Shown here: piece after piece, positions 40,924-52,155 of the stretch
Position numbering within the stretch: position 1 is the stretch's first letter
How the letters are laid out: each line of letters opens with the position of its first letter
Virus record (IMG/VR): IMGVR_UViG_3300029305_005387
DNA: 64,000 nucleotides
Source: a virus
Lineage: Duplodnaviria; Caudoviricetes
Strand: one strand, 5' to 3'
The notes under the pieces: model-generated
What the model saw: only the letters and a program-made list of their open reading frames with translations
Databases searched by the model: none
Told to the model about the DNA's origin: nothing
Made by a program: the position numbers and the translations under genes

Positions 40924-41637
40924 TCAATAGTGAATGATTTTCTCTAATGGTGATACAGGTTCTTCAATATTTTCGGCAGAATTGTTAATACCATTTGATA
41001 TCATAGTACCGATATCTTCAAAGACCATACCACTAAATGTTGATAGATCTTTAACTACAGATCTTACATTTCCTGTTTGATAATCATAACCATTAGGTTT
41101 TGATTGTCGAGCATAATATTGCCCATAACGTTCTTTCATATTGTTTGGATTACGATAAATGCTTGCAATGATCATTTCATATATTTTTGATGGAACTTTA
41201 TAACTTACACCAGAAATTTCCAAGTTTCTCCACCAAATGTCAATCACCTTTGTATAGTTTAAAGTACGAGGAAGTTTACCAGATAACATACTATCTAGGA
41301 ATGCACCTGCTACTTCTCTTCCTTTAGGTAATGTTTGGTGGATAATATAAGAATCTTTCATGTACTGTAAAGTCATTACAGAAATAATCTTTCCGTGTAC
41401 TTTAATATTTTCTACTTTAGATTCATATACTATGAAATTTGTAATAACTGGAACATTGAAGAGTTTTAACTCTCCTTCTTGTCCATTAGGAAACGCTCGT
41501 GTATAAACAATACCGAGTGCTTCAATAGATGCACCTCTGTTTACAGCAATTCCTGAGTTGAAATATTCCATTGGGATATATATTTCCATATAATCGTTGC
41601 AATAAATTTTTCCTGATTTTGCGTATAAAATACCCAT
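40924..41637 (-). CDS. Putative RNA polymerase beta' extreme C-terminal fragment
   Basis: VPSKIYEMIIASIYR and LSTFSGMVFEDIGTMISNG...SPLEKII resemble beta' KHIEVIVRQM and SFISAASFQET...LKENVI. Confidence 0.5.
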   Translation of the reverse strand: MGILYAKSGKIYCNDYMEIYIPMEYFNSGIAVNRGASIEALGIVYTRAFPNGQEGELKLFNVPVITNFIVYESKVENIKVHGKIISVMTLQYMKDSYIIHQTLPKGREVAGAFLDSMLSGKLPRTLNYTKVIDIWWRNLEISGVSYKVPSKIYEMIIASIYRNPNNMKERYGQYYARQSKPNGYDYQTGNVRSVVKDLSTFSGMVFEDIGTMISNGINNSAENIEEPVSPLEKIIHY

Positions 41638-41655
41638 GTTTATTGTTACACCTCC

Positions 41656-41850
41656 TTACTCGATTTGTAGATATCTTATTACCTTTGGATTATTTTTCAT
41701 ATCATCCAACGCTTCTTCTATTGTATTAAACTTACAAGGACAAATATGACCTTTCGTAGTATTTATATAACTATATCCGGATCCATCTTTGTGAGGAAGA
41801 AGTAATACTTCAATATTATCATCTTCTCGTTCTACTAAAAATTTTAACAT
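41656..41850 (-). CDS. Hypothetical protein
   Basis: 64-aa ORF abutting the terminase stop, RBS AGGAGG. Confidence 0.5.
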   Translation of the reverse strand: MLKFLVEREDDNIEVLLLPHKDGSGYSYINTTKGHICPCKFNTIEEALDDMKNNPKVIRYLQIE

Positions 41851-44800
41851 TTAATATCTTCCTCCTGTTCCATTAATATCATCAAAGAACCATGAGCCTA
41901 GATCCACAGTATCAGAAGGATTAAAATCTCTATCTTCTCTAGAGTAAATTGGATCATTCATAAAAGATAAAGTATCACATAAAGTTCTAATTTGAGATTC
42001 CATTCTTGCAGAAGCATCCATAACTTCAGCGTCATATGAAACTACTTCTTTGCCTCCTGAATTAACTAATGCAGTTTCTTGAGAAGTGATTCCTCCAGCA
42101 GGAGGTTCTTCAGGTAACTGAATTGGTCCATATAATGGATTATCACCTTTAATGATACCAAATGTTTCAAGATTATCTCCAGTATAATAAATATAGATGG
42201 CATGTAGATATGCCATTACACAGTCATCATGTTCACCCTTATCGGCTTCAATACGTCCAGTAGATGTTTTAATCAATTTACACAAATCATCTACTAAGTA
42301 TTCAGTAGTAAGAATATCTTTACATACATCGACATGTTGGAATAACAATTCAAACATTGCATCACGGACTTTCTTGCTTAAGAATGTACCGTATTTTCTA
42401 TACTGTTCTGACAATGATTTCAATTCTTGTGTTCCGTCTTCTGATGTTAATTCCTCTAATTCTTGAGCTTTTCTAGACCAATACAAGTTATCTCTAATAT
42501 CAGTCTCTAATAGCATCTGAATTAAATAAATACCCATTGAGTTCTTTTCTGGAATTAATACTGCCTTAGGAATATATTCATGAACTAATTCAATCAACAT
42601 TCGAACTGCATTAGGTCCAGAAATATATGGAGATTTAAATTCAGCAGCAATCTTCAAGTTAAATGGGTTAATAATATACACTGAGAAGTTATCTCCTCCG
42701 CCACCGCCAGCAGGGTCAATACCAACAAGATACGGGATATTTTCATCAAGATCTTTAGGACGACCGAATTGGTATCCTGCTCCATGTTCGTAAAGTTTAT
42801 ATAACCATTTTCCACAAATCAAAAGATCATTTGTTGATTTCTTCATATTAGAAATCAAATATTCAATATCTTCAGCACTAATTGCAGAGTTGTTAGAACC
42901 ACGAAGTCTCTGTAATAAGATTTCACGACGAATTGCCATCTTATCACCAGATAATGCAAACTGATCTAATACCCAGTTATAGTCTTTACGTAACTGGAAA
43001 TATTGATATTCAATATAATATACATCAATTACTTCACGAGTTTTCTTCTCTTCTGAAGAGTGGTAATCTTCTCTGAAAGCAGATTTATATTCTTTAATCT
43101 GCTCTTCCGTCATGTCATATATTTTTTCAGTCCAAGGAATCATTGACTGAATAATAGGTAAAGCTTCACGACCCTCGCGAGTATCCAGGTTACCCGTTAT
43201 ATTCACACAGTTCGCAACACTGTGCAGTTCTCTAAACTCAATTCATTATATTCATATGAATTGAAAATGAACTTCCCTATCTCTCGATAGGATACTTGAC
43301 TATATCTCCATCCACATACAATATTTTATGTGGAGCAATCCATTTCCATTTAAGGGATTTTCACCCACCACCATTGGCAATTGTGGTCGTACTCCTATTG
43401 CCGACTTTCACGGCTTATTTCAGGATAGTCGATGAACTTTACTCTGAATAAGATCAGAGTCTTAGCTGCGGATTGTCTGTACCATGTACCTTTTTACTAT
43501 ACCTTCCACATTACTGGTTGCCACTATGATATCACTACCATAGTTTAGTAGTACACGTTTAACCAGAGTTTCCCGAACAATTAAGATTGGAAAACTATAT
43601 GTTACCATATAGCCACCCCGTTTTATACTATAATTTCTTTAATTTCATTTTCATTGAGAAGAATACTTTCGTTTTCTTTTATGGCTTTCATTTTATTTAT
43701 TTTTAGTATTCGTTTATTGATAGATCGTCGTAATAAACTATCTTCTTTAGTTCCATCATTTTTATACCAAAATATTTGTAAATTTCGTTTCTTGGTATAT
43801 TAGATGAAATCATTCTAGATAACACATTTTCATCAATATTTCGTACAGTATGAGCTCTTTTTTCTGGTTTAAAATATTCTTTGCTAATCTGAGACCAAAT
43901 ATTTCCACTTTTAATATTACGAATAACATTCTTGTATCGTAATTCTTCCTTAGGATCATTTATAACAATTTTATTCAGTCCCAATATATCATAAATTTCA
44001 TCAGTAGTTTTACCATCTACATGAAGTTTACATATCTGATGAATTTGATCTAAAGAAAATTTACTATTTTTATCTTTTGGAAGATATTCTTTTTCAGAAT
44101 TAGATGAAGTTTCATACTCATATTGTGATACTACGTCTATCCAAATCTTTTTATGTCTAAGCCTATGAATAAGTGTATACATTGACATATCTTCTTTAGA
44201 ATTATAATCAATTCGTACTTTATTCATTACTTTACGAAAAACTTCCATATTATTCATTCCATTTACAAACATTTTGCATATATCATGAATTAAAGTTTCT
44301 GGATAGATATTCGTAGATGAATTTTCTCCACGTGTATTATATAAACCAGTAGCATGAGCTCTACGAGTATTTTCTGCAGATGTTACCCATTCTAGATTTG
44401 TATAATGATTATTTTGTTTATTACCATCAATATGATCAATTTGTAAACGAATATCTCTATTTTTTTAAACAAAATTCATATGCGACTATTCTATGAACTC
44501 CATAATTGTTTTTACTAAGAGCGATCCTTAGATATCCATCTGAATCAACGTGAGATGATACAAATCGTTCGAATAAAGTATCATAGACTTTGCCATATTC
44601 TGATATGAAATATCTATTTTGATCTACTCCTGGATATGTAACTTTTCTGTATTCTTCTCTTTTAGTATTTTTCATATTTTATATCTCCTTTAACATAGTA
44701 TTTTCAGTTAATACCATGATATATGAAAAATACATTTAAAATCATAGCAATTTTACTTGAGGTGTGCAAGACATAAGTCTGCAATAAGGCTTACCTGCAG

Positions 44801-45566
44801 CTGCAGCGTTTTCAGAAGCTGTTTTAAACAATGGAGCTGAGTTAGCCATAATTTCTCCAAAGAATGGAGTATGTTCAATTTCGTCAAAATAAAGAATAGC
44901 ACCAGAACCACCACGACCAAGACCCTGGGCATGAGATAATGAAGTTGGTTTTGGATGAATTTCCAGAGTATTGTGTAACAAGTTATTCTCTAACTTTTCA
45001 GTAGCCTGACGAGATTTCTTTATTTTTCCATCTTCTCCCATGAATCGTCTAAATTGTAACCATTCAGGAAGTAATTCAATATTACTTTTTAAATGAGCTA
45101 AGTTTCGTTTTGTATTATCAGTTTCCTTACCAAAGAAATGCATGTGTAAGTTTTGGGATAATTGAAATGCCCATAGAATTGGTCCACCAATTGTTCCAGT
45201 AGTCTTATATGTCTGACGAGGTTCACAAATACAATTATCTTGATGACGTTCGAAACACCATATTACTGCAGCTAATCCACGATGTAGTGAGTAAGGTACT
45301 ACACCTTTATCGGTTCTCATACGTACACACATACGTATGAATGCCCAAACATTATGTTGAAATTCTTGCATTAATGCTTTAATTTCTTGCTCAGTAATAT
45401 TAGGTTTAAATGGATCTATATCAGCAACTCTTGGATTGTCTATTCTAAGCATGAAGTAATAATTCTTAATTCCAACAGCCTTTAATTCTTTAGCTGTAAT
45501 TAAGAATGATTCATTCGACGTGCCAAAATCGTAAAAATGACCATTAATCTGTTTAATATCACTCAT
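41851..45566 (-). CDS. terL: Terminase large subunit; two exons 45566-44760 and 43194-41851 (716 aa spliced)
   Basis: Walker A PRQTYKT, Walker B YFDE, spliced motif III SCTP|GN, nuclease GIDPAGG..D and HDDCVMA. Confidence 0.9.
43195..44759 (-). mobile_element. Group I intron (1565 nt) in terL, HNH gene placed 5' of the catalytic core
   Basis: Exon ends CACCU, pairs with GGGUG at ~43615-43619; core AATTGTTCGGGAA, AATCCGCAGC, GTTCATCGACTA, AGATATAGTC; terminal G. Confidence 0.85.
43623..44675 (-). pseudogene. HNH homing endonuclease with two homopolymer frameshifts
   Basis: VHRIVAYEF continues in +1 frame as IDHIDGNKQNNHYTNLEWVT..EN..RA past an A7 run (~44460-44466); second shift at an A5 run (~43759-43763). 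Confidence 0.75.
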
Positions 45567-45627
45567 TATGTTATTTCCTCCTTTCCTATAGTAAACTTAA
45601 TGTTTTAGTTTATCGACATACGCAACT

Positions 45628-45637
45628 TATATATTCT
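45628..45637 (+). promoter_or_regulatory. Candidate early promoter upstream of the DHH operon
   Basis: TATATATTCT ~50 nt upstream of the ATG. Confidence 0.5.
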
Positions 45638-45685
45638 TATTATAGAAGAAACCAAAACATCTAAAATACTTAAAGAAAGAAGGAA

Positions 45686-46687
45686 ATGAAAATGTACAAA
45701 AAAGTTTTATTTACACATGATGATATGGATGGAGCCGGTTGCCGTATCGTATTTGAATTAGCACATAGACATCTTGAAAAAGGAAAGGATTATGAGATAT
45801 TCAACTGTTCAAACAATGGAGTTGATGAAACAGCTTTATCTATTTTCAGAAATGAACAGTTTGATCCTGTGAACACACATGTTATCTTTGCTGATATATG
45901 TTGTTCTGTGCAAGCACTTGAAGTCTTCAAATCTAAAGAAGTTAAAGTTGATATCTTTGACCATCATAGAACTAACTTCCCTGTTCAGCAGGTATATCCT
46001 GATGCACAAATTGTTCCTGAAAATGTATTGGGAGTACAGGAAAGTGGAACATCTCTCCTTTATCAGTATTTCTACAATATTGATGATTTTACTGGAGAGC
46101 ATTTCAAGAATCTTGATGAAGTAATGTTTTCAAAGTTGGTAGACACTATCCGTTCATATGATACATATGAATGGAAGACTACCAATAATATTCTGGCAAA
46201 GGAACTGCAGACATTATTCTATCTCCTTGGGATGGATAAGTTCTGTGAGCGGTATATAAAGAAGATTAGTGATGTTGAAAACAAAGATAACCATTTGATT
46301 TCACTAACAGACATGGACTTTGTATCTACGAAAATTGAGAATGAACAAAAGGTAATTGACAACTTTACACCTGATGATGTATTTGAATTTATGCTTCGTG
46401 GATATAACATTGCATTCATTCTCACAACAAAGGGTGCATCTATTAGTGAACTCGGTTATCAGTTCTTGACTAAGTATCCTCAGTATGATGCAATGATCTA
46501 TTTCTCTCCTTATAACGGAGGAAAGTTTGAAATGAGAACCGTGAGGGACGATATTGATATGGGTGCGATGTTTGCAATGCCTATCGGTGGTGGTGGTCAT
46601 CCTAAAGCTGCAGGTGCACCATTACCTCAGTCTTCTCAGGATATGATGGTTGACATGCTGATTGACGTACTGAATGGGAGGTTCTGA
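45686..46687 (+). CDS. DHH/DHHA1 family phosphoesterase (NrnB/nanoRNase-like)
   Basis: THDDMDG, FAD, IFDHH, GGGGHPKAAG. Confidence 0.9.
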   Translation: MKMYKKVLFTHDDMDGAGCRIVFELAHRHLEKGKDYEIFNCSNNGVDETALSIFRNEQFDPVNTHVIFADICCSVQALEVFKSKEVKVDIFDHHRTNFPVQQVYPDAQIVPENVLGVQESGTSLLYQYFYNIDDFTGEHFKNLDEVMFSKLVDTIRSYDTYEWKTTNNILAKELQTLFYLLGMDKFCERYIKKISDVENKDNHLISLTDMDFVSTKIENEQKVIDNFTPDDVFEFMLRGYNIAFILTTKGASISELGYQFLTKYPQYDAMIYFSPYNGGKFEMRTVRDDIDMGAMFAMPIGGGGHPKAAGAPLPQSSQDMMVDMLIDVLNGRF

Positions 46688-46693
46688 TCTCAA

Positions 46694-47104
46694 TTGAACT
46701 ATAGAGACTTGAGATACATTAAAACAGCCGCGAAAATTGCCGAGCATAGCACATATGCTCGGCATTCTATCGGTTGTGTAGTAGTCTATAGAAACACCAT
46801 AATTTCAACTGGGTGCAATAAGGATCGTACCGATCCATTGCAGAAAAAATATAATAAAGAGAGGAATATTTCTGATAATTATCCTCACAAGATACATGCA
46901 GAAGTAGATGCTATTAAACATATAATTGATCTTGATATTGATTGGAAGAATGTTTCTATCTATATAGTTAGATTAAGAAAAGATCAACCTTATGGAATGG
47001 CTCGACCTTGTAAATCTTGTATGTCTTTAATAAAGGACCTTGGTATCAGAAATATTTATTACACGACAAATGATGGTATCGCACATGAAAGATTGGAGGA
47101 TTAA
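46694..47104 (+). CDS. Zn-dependent cytidine/dCMP deaminase-family protein
   Basis: HAEVDA and PCKSC motifs. Confidence 0.88.
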   Translation: MNYRDLRYIKTAAKIAEHSTYARHSIGCVVVYRNTIISTGCNKDRTDPLQKKYNKERNISDNYPHKIHAEVDAIKHIIDLDIDWKNVSIYIVRLRKDQPYGMARPCKSCMSLIKDLGIRNIYYTTNDGIAHERLED

Positions 47105-47105
47105 T

Positions 47106-47876
47106 ATGATACAAATTAACAATGAATTGGTAAAGACATTATCATACTATTATGATGTAGCAACAATATATCTTATGAATAAATATAATATTAATACAAT
47201 TCAGATTCATGTATTTCCAGAAGCTAGGGGACATTTTTTCAATGCTATTAAAAAGAAAGGAAAAAGTATTGGATTAGATATTGAATTTACTAAAATCCAT
47301 GATCCAAATATTCCATTTTTGTTTGATAATTTTCCAGATTATATTGATGAAGAAGATCGTGAGTTAGAAGATTTAATGGATATATTTAAAAAAGATACAA
47401 GTGCAATATACAACATCGATGTTCGTAAAGAATATAAAACAAAACAATCAGGTATCTTAAACGCAACATCTCAAGGATGTTTTGAGTTAATTAGAAAATG
47501 GAAAACAGAAAGGTTTGATAATACAGGAATTAATATCGGAATTATTGGGAGAGGAACATCTGTTGGTTATATGGATCTTGCCCATAGACTAGTGGAAAAT
47601 AATGATACTCTTGTATTATGTCATTCTCATACATTAGATACAATTCAAATGGTTAGTAAATGTGATATAATTGTATCATGTCTTGATGATGGTGATATAT
47701 ATCCTTTAGAAATGTTTAAAGATAAAAGTGTTATTGATATAGGATATGCATATAAAGATGCAATTCATATTGGTACCCTTACAACATCTATTTTGGTATA
47801 TAGAGCATTATCGAGTATAACTGATAAAAGATGGATTAAAGATTCTATCATGCCTTTTAAAAAGAGATACGAATAA
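47106..47876 (+). CDS. Divergent FolD-like (methylene-THF dehydrogenase NAD(P)-binding) protein
   Basis: ATSQG, IIGRGTSVG, LCHSHT, CDIIVS, VIDIG match the FolD C-terminal domain; ATG 47106 after GGAGG. Confidence 0.65.
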   Translation: MIQINNELVKTLSYYYDVATIYLMNKYNINTIQIHVFPEARGHFFNAIKKKGKSIGLDIEFTKIHDPNIPFLFDNFPDYIDEEDRELEDLMDIFKKDTSAIYNIDVRKEYKTKQSGILNATSQGCFELIRKWKTERFDNTGINIGIIGRGTSVGYMDLAHRLVENNDTLVLCHSHTLDTIQMVSKCDIIVSCLDDGDIYPLEMFKDKSVIDIGYAYKDAIHIGTLTTSILVYRALSSITDKRWIKDSIMPFKKRYE

Positions 47877-47878
47877 GA

Positions 47879-47922
47879 ATATAAAATGCAATGGATCGTT
47901 AACGATCCATTGCATTTTATAT
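47879..47922. terminator. Perfect 44-bp palindrome, bidirectional terminator
   Basis: atataaaatgcaatggatcgtt|aacgatccattgcattttatat. Confidence 0.75.
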
Positions 47923-47937
47923 ATATATTTTTTTATT

Positions 47938-50097
47938 TTATCCTTCATATCCAGGAGGATATTGATTTACATCAATGAGTGGTCGTTCATTTGGTTTTGG
48001 AATTTTTGTATCCATTATATTTTTATAACATTGAAGAAGTTGTGTACGCATATTCTGTAGATATGGTTTACTATGAGGAACAATATATTTCTTACTACCA
48101 ACTTCAAGTAATTCAATATACCATTCAACCAATTCAATCTTAGAAATACAATATGAAGCAATCATATGTTTATCAGTTGCATCTCTAATGGATTCTGTTT
48201 CAATTGTAATATATGCTACAGTATCTGCAGGAATCTTCTTTAATTTTTTTACACCAAATTTTTCCTGTAGATATTTAACTTCAGGATTTTTCTGATTGAA
48301 ACACCATTCCTTATCCAAATTTTCATGAATAAATTTATCTTCATATTTTTGGATATCTTCAGAGTATACACCTTCAAAATATTTGTTAACTTCTTCAGGT
48401 AATGAATATAGATCTTGTAAACTTTCATTAAGGGGATCGGATGATTCTCTTATCTTTTTAATAATGTCTTCAAGATCATTGATAATACGTTTCTTTTCTT
48501 TATCAGGAGCAGCATATCTTGTATAGATATTTCTAATGAATTTAGTTACTGTATTGATATCTTCCTGAGAAATTTTAAATGTGTTCTTATTACTCATATC
48601 AACATCATCAAAAATAAAGAGTAACTGCATAGGTAGAGTTACAATACCACTAAGTTTAGTAGTAACTACTAAGTATTTTAACTCTCTATTCAATTTCATT
48701 ACTTCATTCATGATCTTTGTAGAATAAATTTCTACTCCTGAATCATAATATTTTATTAGTGCTTTAAAGAAGTTGAAAGCATCATCAGGATTCTTCATTG
48801 TATGGAAGATACGAGGAGACATTTTAATATGAATCTCTGGATTCTGATGTAAAAATCCATTGAGAGTTTCTCTACCGCCTACAAATCGAGACACAAAATC
48901 TTTACCCATCTTAGGGGTTTTGATTTGTAAAGTATTAAAAGACTGATAAGAATCTAATGTGATAGAAAATTTTCTATATCCCTTCGCCCATACAGGTAGT
49001 AAGTTTTTTGTAATAATATTTGCATAGATATTTGCAGTATACTGTGTAACTTTGTAATTCTGCTTATTATTGCAATTATTAATAATATCCTGAGATAATT
49101 GTCTTAACACTTTCTTCGCTTCAGCTTCTGACATCTCACTATTATATTCAGGCTCAGGATTATTTGATTCTAGTAGTACATTTGGAACAAGTCCTTCCAT
49201 TCGGGACCATAATTTTTCTACATATACAGAATCAAGATTTAAATGGAATAGTGCAGTATCATCAGATTCTTCATATATCAATTCTTTTGTACCATTATCT
49301 TCCATATTACATTCATTTAGAATAAGATCAATAATCTCTTCATTGATATTCTCAGACATCTCATTGACTACTTGAATAGTTCCGGAATATGTACCATCTG
49401 AATGTCTACACAGCAAAGTATCTCCAATTTCACCATTCTCTGTAATGGAATCAGTTAATTTGGTCTTGTTTAAGATCATTTGATTAGATTCTAAAATAAA
49501 CTTTTGTAATCCATATGGAAGTTCTTCCATTTCAATAAACATAATCTCATTATGATGATCCATATCATTGACGGATTCTTTTATTGGTTTTATATTCTTT
49601 ATAGGTTTATCTTCAAATAGTTCCCATAATTCTTTTGCAACTTTTTGTTTAGTCCATAGATCTAAACCTTCAAAATGTTCCCCATGTTCTGATTCACAAG
49701 TAAGTTTCATGTCATACTTACGACGAACTTTACTTCTGACAGATACATGTACATTTCTAATCAATCCATGGAAGAATTCTTCATCTTCCGTATTACGATT
49801 ATTAGTAACATGAGCAGTTAGTTGAATCATACAACTGTAACGTTTACCTTGTTTATAGATTCTAACTGAGCCAACTTCAGATCTGTCTGATGGTACCGTT
49901 AGAAATTCTTCCAACATAGTTTTTGCCCACTGTTGTGTATTAAGATATTCATATTTCTTAGAATTAAACATAGTATTTGCTGTAGTAGCAACTAACTTAT
50001 GTACTTCCATAACTCTAATACGGACATCTTCCGGTAGATCACCTAGATAGACATCACGTACTTGTTTAGTAGCTTTACTGATGGCCATATTATACAT
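47938..50097 (-). CDS. Putative internal head/virion protein
   Basis: 719 aa, next to capsid gene, several xES candidate protease sites. Confidence 0.5.
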   Translation of the reverse strand: MYNMAISKATKQVRDVYLGDLPEDVRIRVMEVHKLVATTANTMFNSKKYEYLNTQQWAKTMLEEFLTVPSDRSEVGSVRIYKQGKRYSCMIQLTAHVTNNRNTEDEEFFHGLIRNVHVSVRSKVRRKYDMKLTCESEHGEHFEGLDLWTKQKVAKELWELFEDKPIKNIKPIKESVNDMDHHNEIMFIEMEELPYGLQKFILESNQMILNKTKLTDSITENGEIGDTLLCRHSDGTYSGTIQVVNEMSENINEEIIDLILNECNMEDNGTKELIYEESDDTALFHLNLDSVYVEKLWSRMEGLVPNVLLESNNPEPEYNSEMSEAEAKKVLRQLSQDIINNCNNKQNYKVTQYTANIYANIITKNLLPVWAKGYRKFSITLDSYQSFNTLQIKTPKMGKDFVSRFVGGRETLNGFLHQNPEIHIKMSPRIFHTMKNPDDAFNFFKALIKYYDSGVEIYSTKIMNEVMKLNRELKYLVVTTKLSGIVTLPMQLLFIFDDVDMSNKNTFKISQEDINTVTKFIRNIYTRYAAPDKEKKRIINDLEDIIKKIRESSDPLNESLQDLYSLPEEVNKYFEGVYSEDIQKYEDKFIHENLDKEWCFNQKNPEVKYLQEKFGVKKLKKIPADTVAYITIETESIRDATDKHMIASYCISKIELVEWYIELLEVGSKKYIVPHSKPYLQNMRTQLLQCYKNIMDTKIPKPNERPLIDVNQYPPGYEG

Positions 50098-50154
50098 CTC
50101 CTTACTTAAATTATTCTCTGAGTAAATTCATTATAATCTAGTCGGTTAAAATAT

Positions 50155-50189
50155 GATATAGTAGCAGGGTTAAACCCTGCTACTATATC
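50155..50189 (-). terminator. Palindromic terminator after major capsid gene
   Basis: gatatagtagcagggtt-a-aaccctgctactatatc. Confidence 0.75.
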
Positions 50190-50229
50190 TGAGGAGGTAT
50201 TTACATGCCAAATGTATCGTATTACATGA

Positions 50230-52107
50230 TTAGATCATGCTAGAAGCACTTGTTACCATAGTATCCCAAGGTGCACCAACTACAGGTGGACGAGTAGGAG
50301 CATCACCGTATACCTTAGCAGAGTTGAGCATAATCAAGTCAGCCTGGATACCCTGAATTGCAAGAGTCTTGAATCGGCTAGTAGCAGTAACAATGTTGTA
50401 TGCACCGCCAGGAGCATTAGGACTCTGGTAAGCAGTCTGAGACTGAGAAGTCAACAGATGAGAAGTATACTTCAAGTGACGGAAGCTAATGTGTTCAGCA
50501 TCTGTAGGATAACCATAGATGTGAAGTACAAGTTCACGACAATTCTGAGTTGCACCATAAGGATCTTTAGATTCTACAGGATCAACTGTATATGCATCAT
50601 ACAAGTTAGTAGCAACTACACGGATGTTAGCACCCATATCAGTAGCGAAACCATATGCGTTGTTTACATCAATACCACCGATGCTTGCACCCTGCTGAAC
50701 TTTCCAACCAACGAATTCAGAAATAAGCTGAGTAGCCATTGGGTTACCAACGATAACAAAGGAAAGACCTTCGATCTTAGCCATTTCAGTCAAGTGATGG
50801 ATGATACTCTTAAGCTTGAACTGGATAGCAGTGCTGATGTATTTGAAAGGATCACCAGCGAAACCAGCAGGAGGATTCAAGTCAACCTTGTAAGAACGAG
50901 CCATGCTTTCAAGCTTGTATGTATCAGTTACAACACCCTCATACTTCTTAAATTCATCATTTAAGAACTGGATAACAGTCATACATTCGTTCATTTCCTG
51001 AACACGAACGATTTCATCTACCATACGGTTGTAGTAGTTGATATCAAGCAATGCAGCAGCATCTTCAATCTCTTCGATAGAGAAAGGCATGTTATAACGA
51101 GCACCATCTTCGATAGTGAAACGAAGAATGTCACGTTTCTCACGTACAGATACATGACGAAGGTTCTTTTCATTAGAAAGGTAACCAGAGAAGATTACAC
51201 CTTCAACCTGACCAGTAGTAGAAGCCATAGAGATAATACCCTTCATGAAGTCTACCTTGCCAGCAAGAACATCATCGATCTGAGTACCTTCATGTACGAA
51301 GTTCAAATCACCGTTTACAAGAGTACCACCAGTACTGAATTCAACAGTAATACCATTACCACGAAGAATAATAGTTTCACCACCAACTACGATACCGATG
51401 ATCTTGAACTGGAAGCTGAGCTTATCAATTGCAGGATTACCATCTGTCAAGTTAGAGATAATGTCGAACTTGTTAAGACGACCATCTTCGAACATAACAG
51501 CTTCTTCACGAATAGGATGACCCTTAGCTGCAGCCCACATTTTCTGCCAAGTACCATCAAACATGCACTTAGGATATTCAAGCTCTTCACCAGTCTGGTT
51601 GTTAACAATGTAAGTGGTACGAATATGTTTGGTAATAGCAGGAGACTTAACAGTCTCAACTTCGATGATATCTTTAATGATAGAGCTGAAGAACTGCTTA
51701 ACCAGCACAGGGAATTCTAAAGTAGCGATAGGTAGGAAACCAGTGATAGAAGCAGACTCAGTATAGCTGCGAACTTTGGTATCCCAGAATCTTTCAACAT
51801 TTTCAATTACAGAAGCAACGTGAGGGTCATTAGGGGACATCTCTCTATATGCTTCAAATACAGGAGTCAATAAATCAGTCTTATACTGCTCCATGAATGC
51901 ACGGTCACTTAACATTGCACGAGAGTCACGCTTAATGTCAATACCGATCTGATTTTTGTAACTTTCATAAAGTTCCTCAAAGTGTTCATTGAAGGATTTA
52001 GTTCCTTCCTTTTGGAATGCACCGAAAGAGCTCTTATGCTCTTCATATGCACTGTTTTTGCGTTCATTAGCTGATTCATAAAACCAGCCTACACCATTCT
52101 TAGCCAT
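50230..52107 (-). CDS. Major capsid protein precursor
   Basis: 625 aa, strongly optimised codons, helical propeptide ending YTES|A then GFLPIATLEFPVLVKQF N-arm as in myovirus capsids; own late promoter and terminator. Confidence 0.75.
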   Translation of the reverse strand: MAKNGVGWFYESANERKNSAYEEHKSSFGAFQKEGTKSFNEHFEELYESYKNQIGIDIKRDSRAMLSDRAFMEQYKTDLLTPVFEAYREMSPNDPHVASVIENVERFWDTKVRSYTESASITGFLPIATLEFPVLVKQFFSSIIKDIIEVETVKSPAITKHIRTTYIVNNQTGEELEYPKCMFDGTWQKMWAAAKGHPIREEAVMFEDGRLNKFDIISNLTDGNPAIDKLSFQFKIIGIVVGGETIILRGNGITVEFSTGGTLVNGDLNFVHEGTQIDDVLAGKVDFMKGIISMASTTGQVEGVIFSGYLSNEKNLRHVSVREKRDILRFTIEDGARYNMPFSIEEIEDAAALLDINYYNRMVDEIVRVQEMNECMTVIQFLNDEFKKYEGVVTDTYKLESMARSYKVDLNPPAGFAGDPFKYISTAIQFKLKSIIHHLTEMAKIEGLSFVIVGNPMATQLISEFVGWKVQQGASIGGIDVNNAYGFATDMGANIRVVATNLYDAYTVDPVESKDPYGATQNCRELVLHIYGYPTDAEHISFRHLKYTSHLLTSQSQTAYQSPNAPGGAYNIVTATSRFKTLAIQGIQADLIMLNSAKVYGDAPTRPPVVGAPWDTMVTSASSMI

Positions 52108-52155
52108 GGATCATATCTCCTTTACTTTTAAATTTTTATTAGCTTTTGCCTCAAG

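Noticed and set aside
44455-44470. Programmed -1 frameshift at T TTA AAA in the terL-intron HNH
   Set aside because: The HNH motif continues in the +1 frame, not -1, so the slippery heptamer does not explain it
50458-51720. Long antisense ORFs over capsid, sheath, tube and HU-like genes
   Set aside because: Shadows of strongly biased codon usage on the coding strand; no RBS or recognisable motifs
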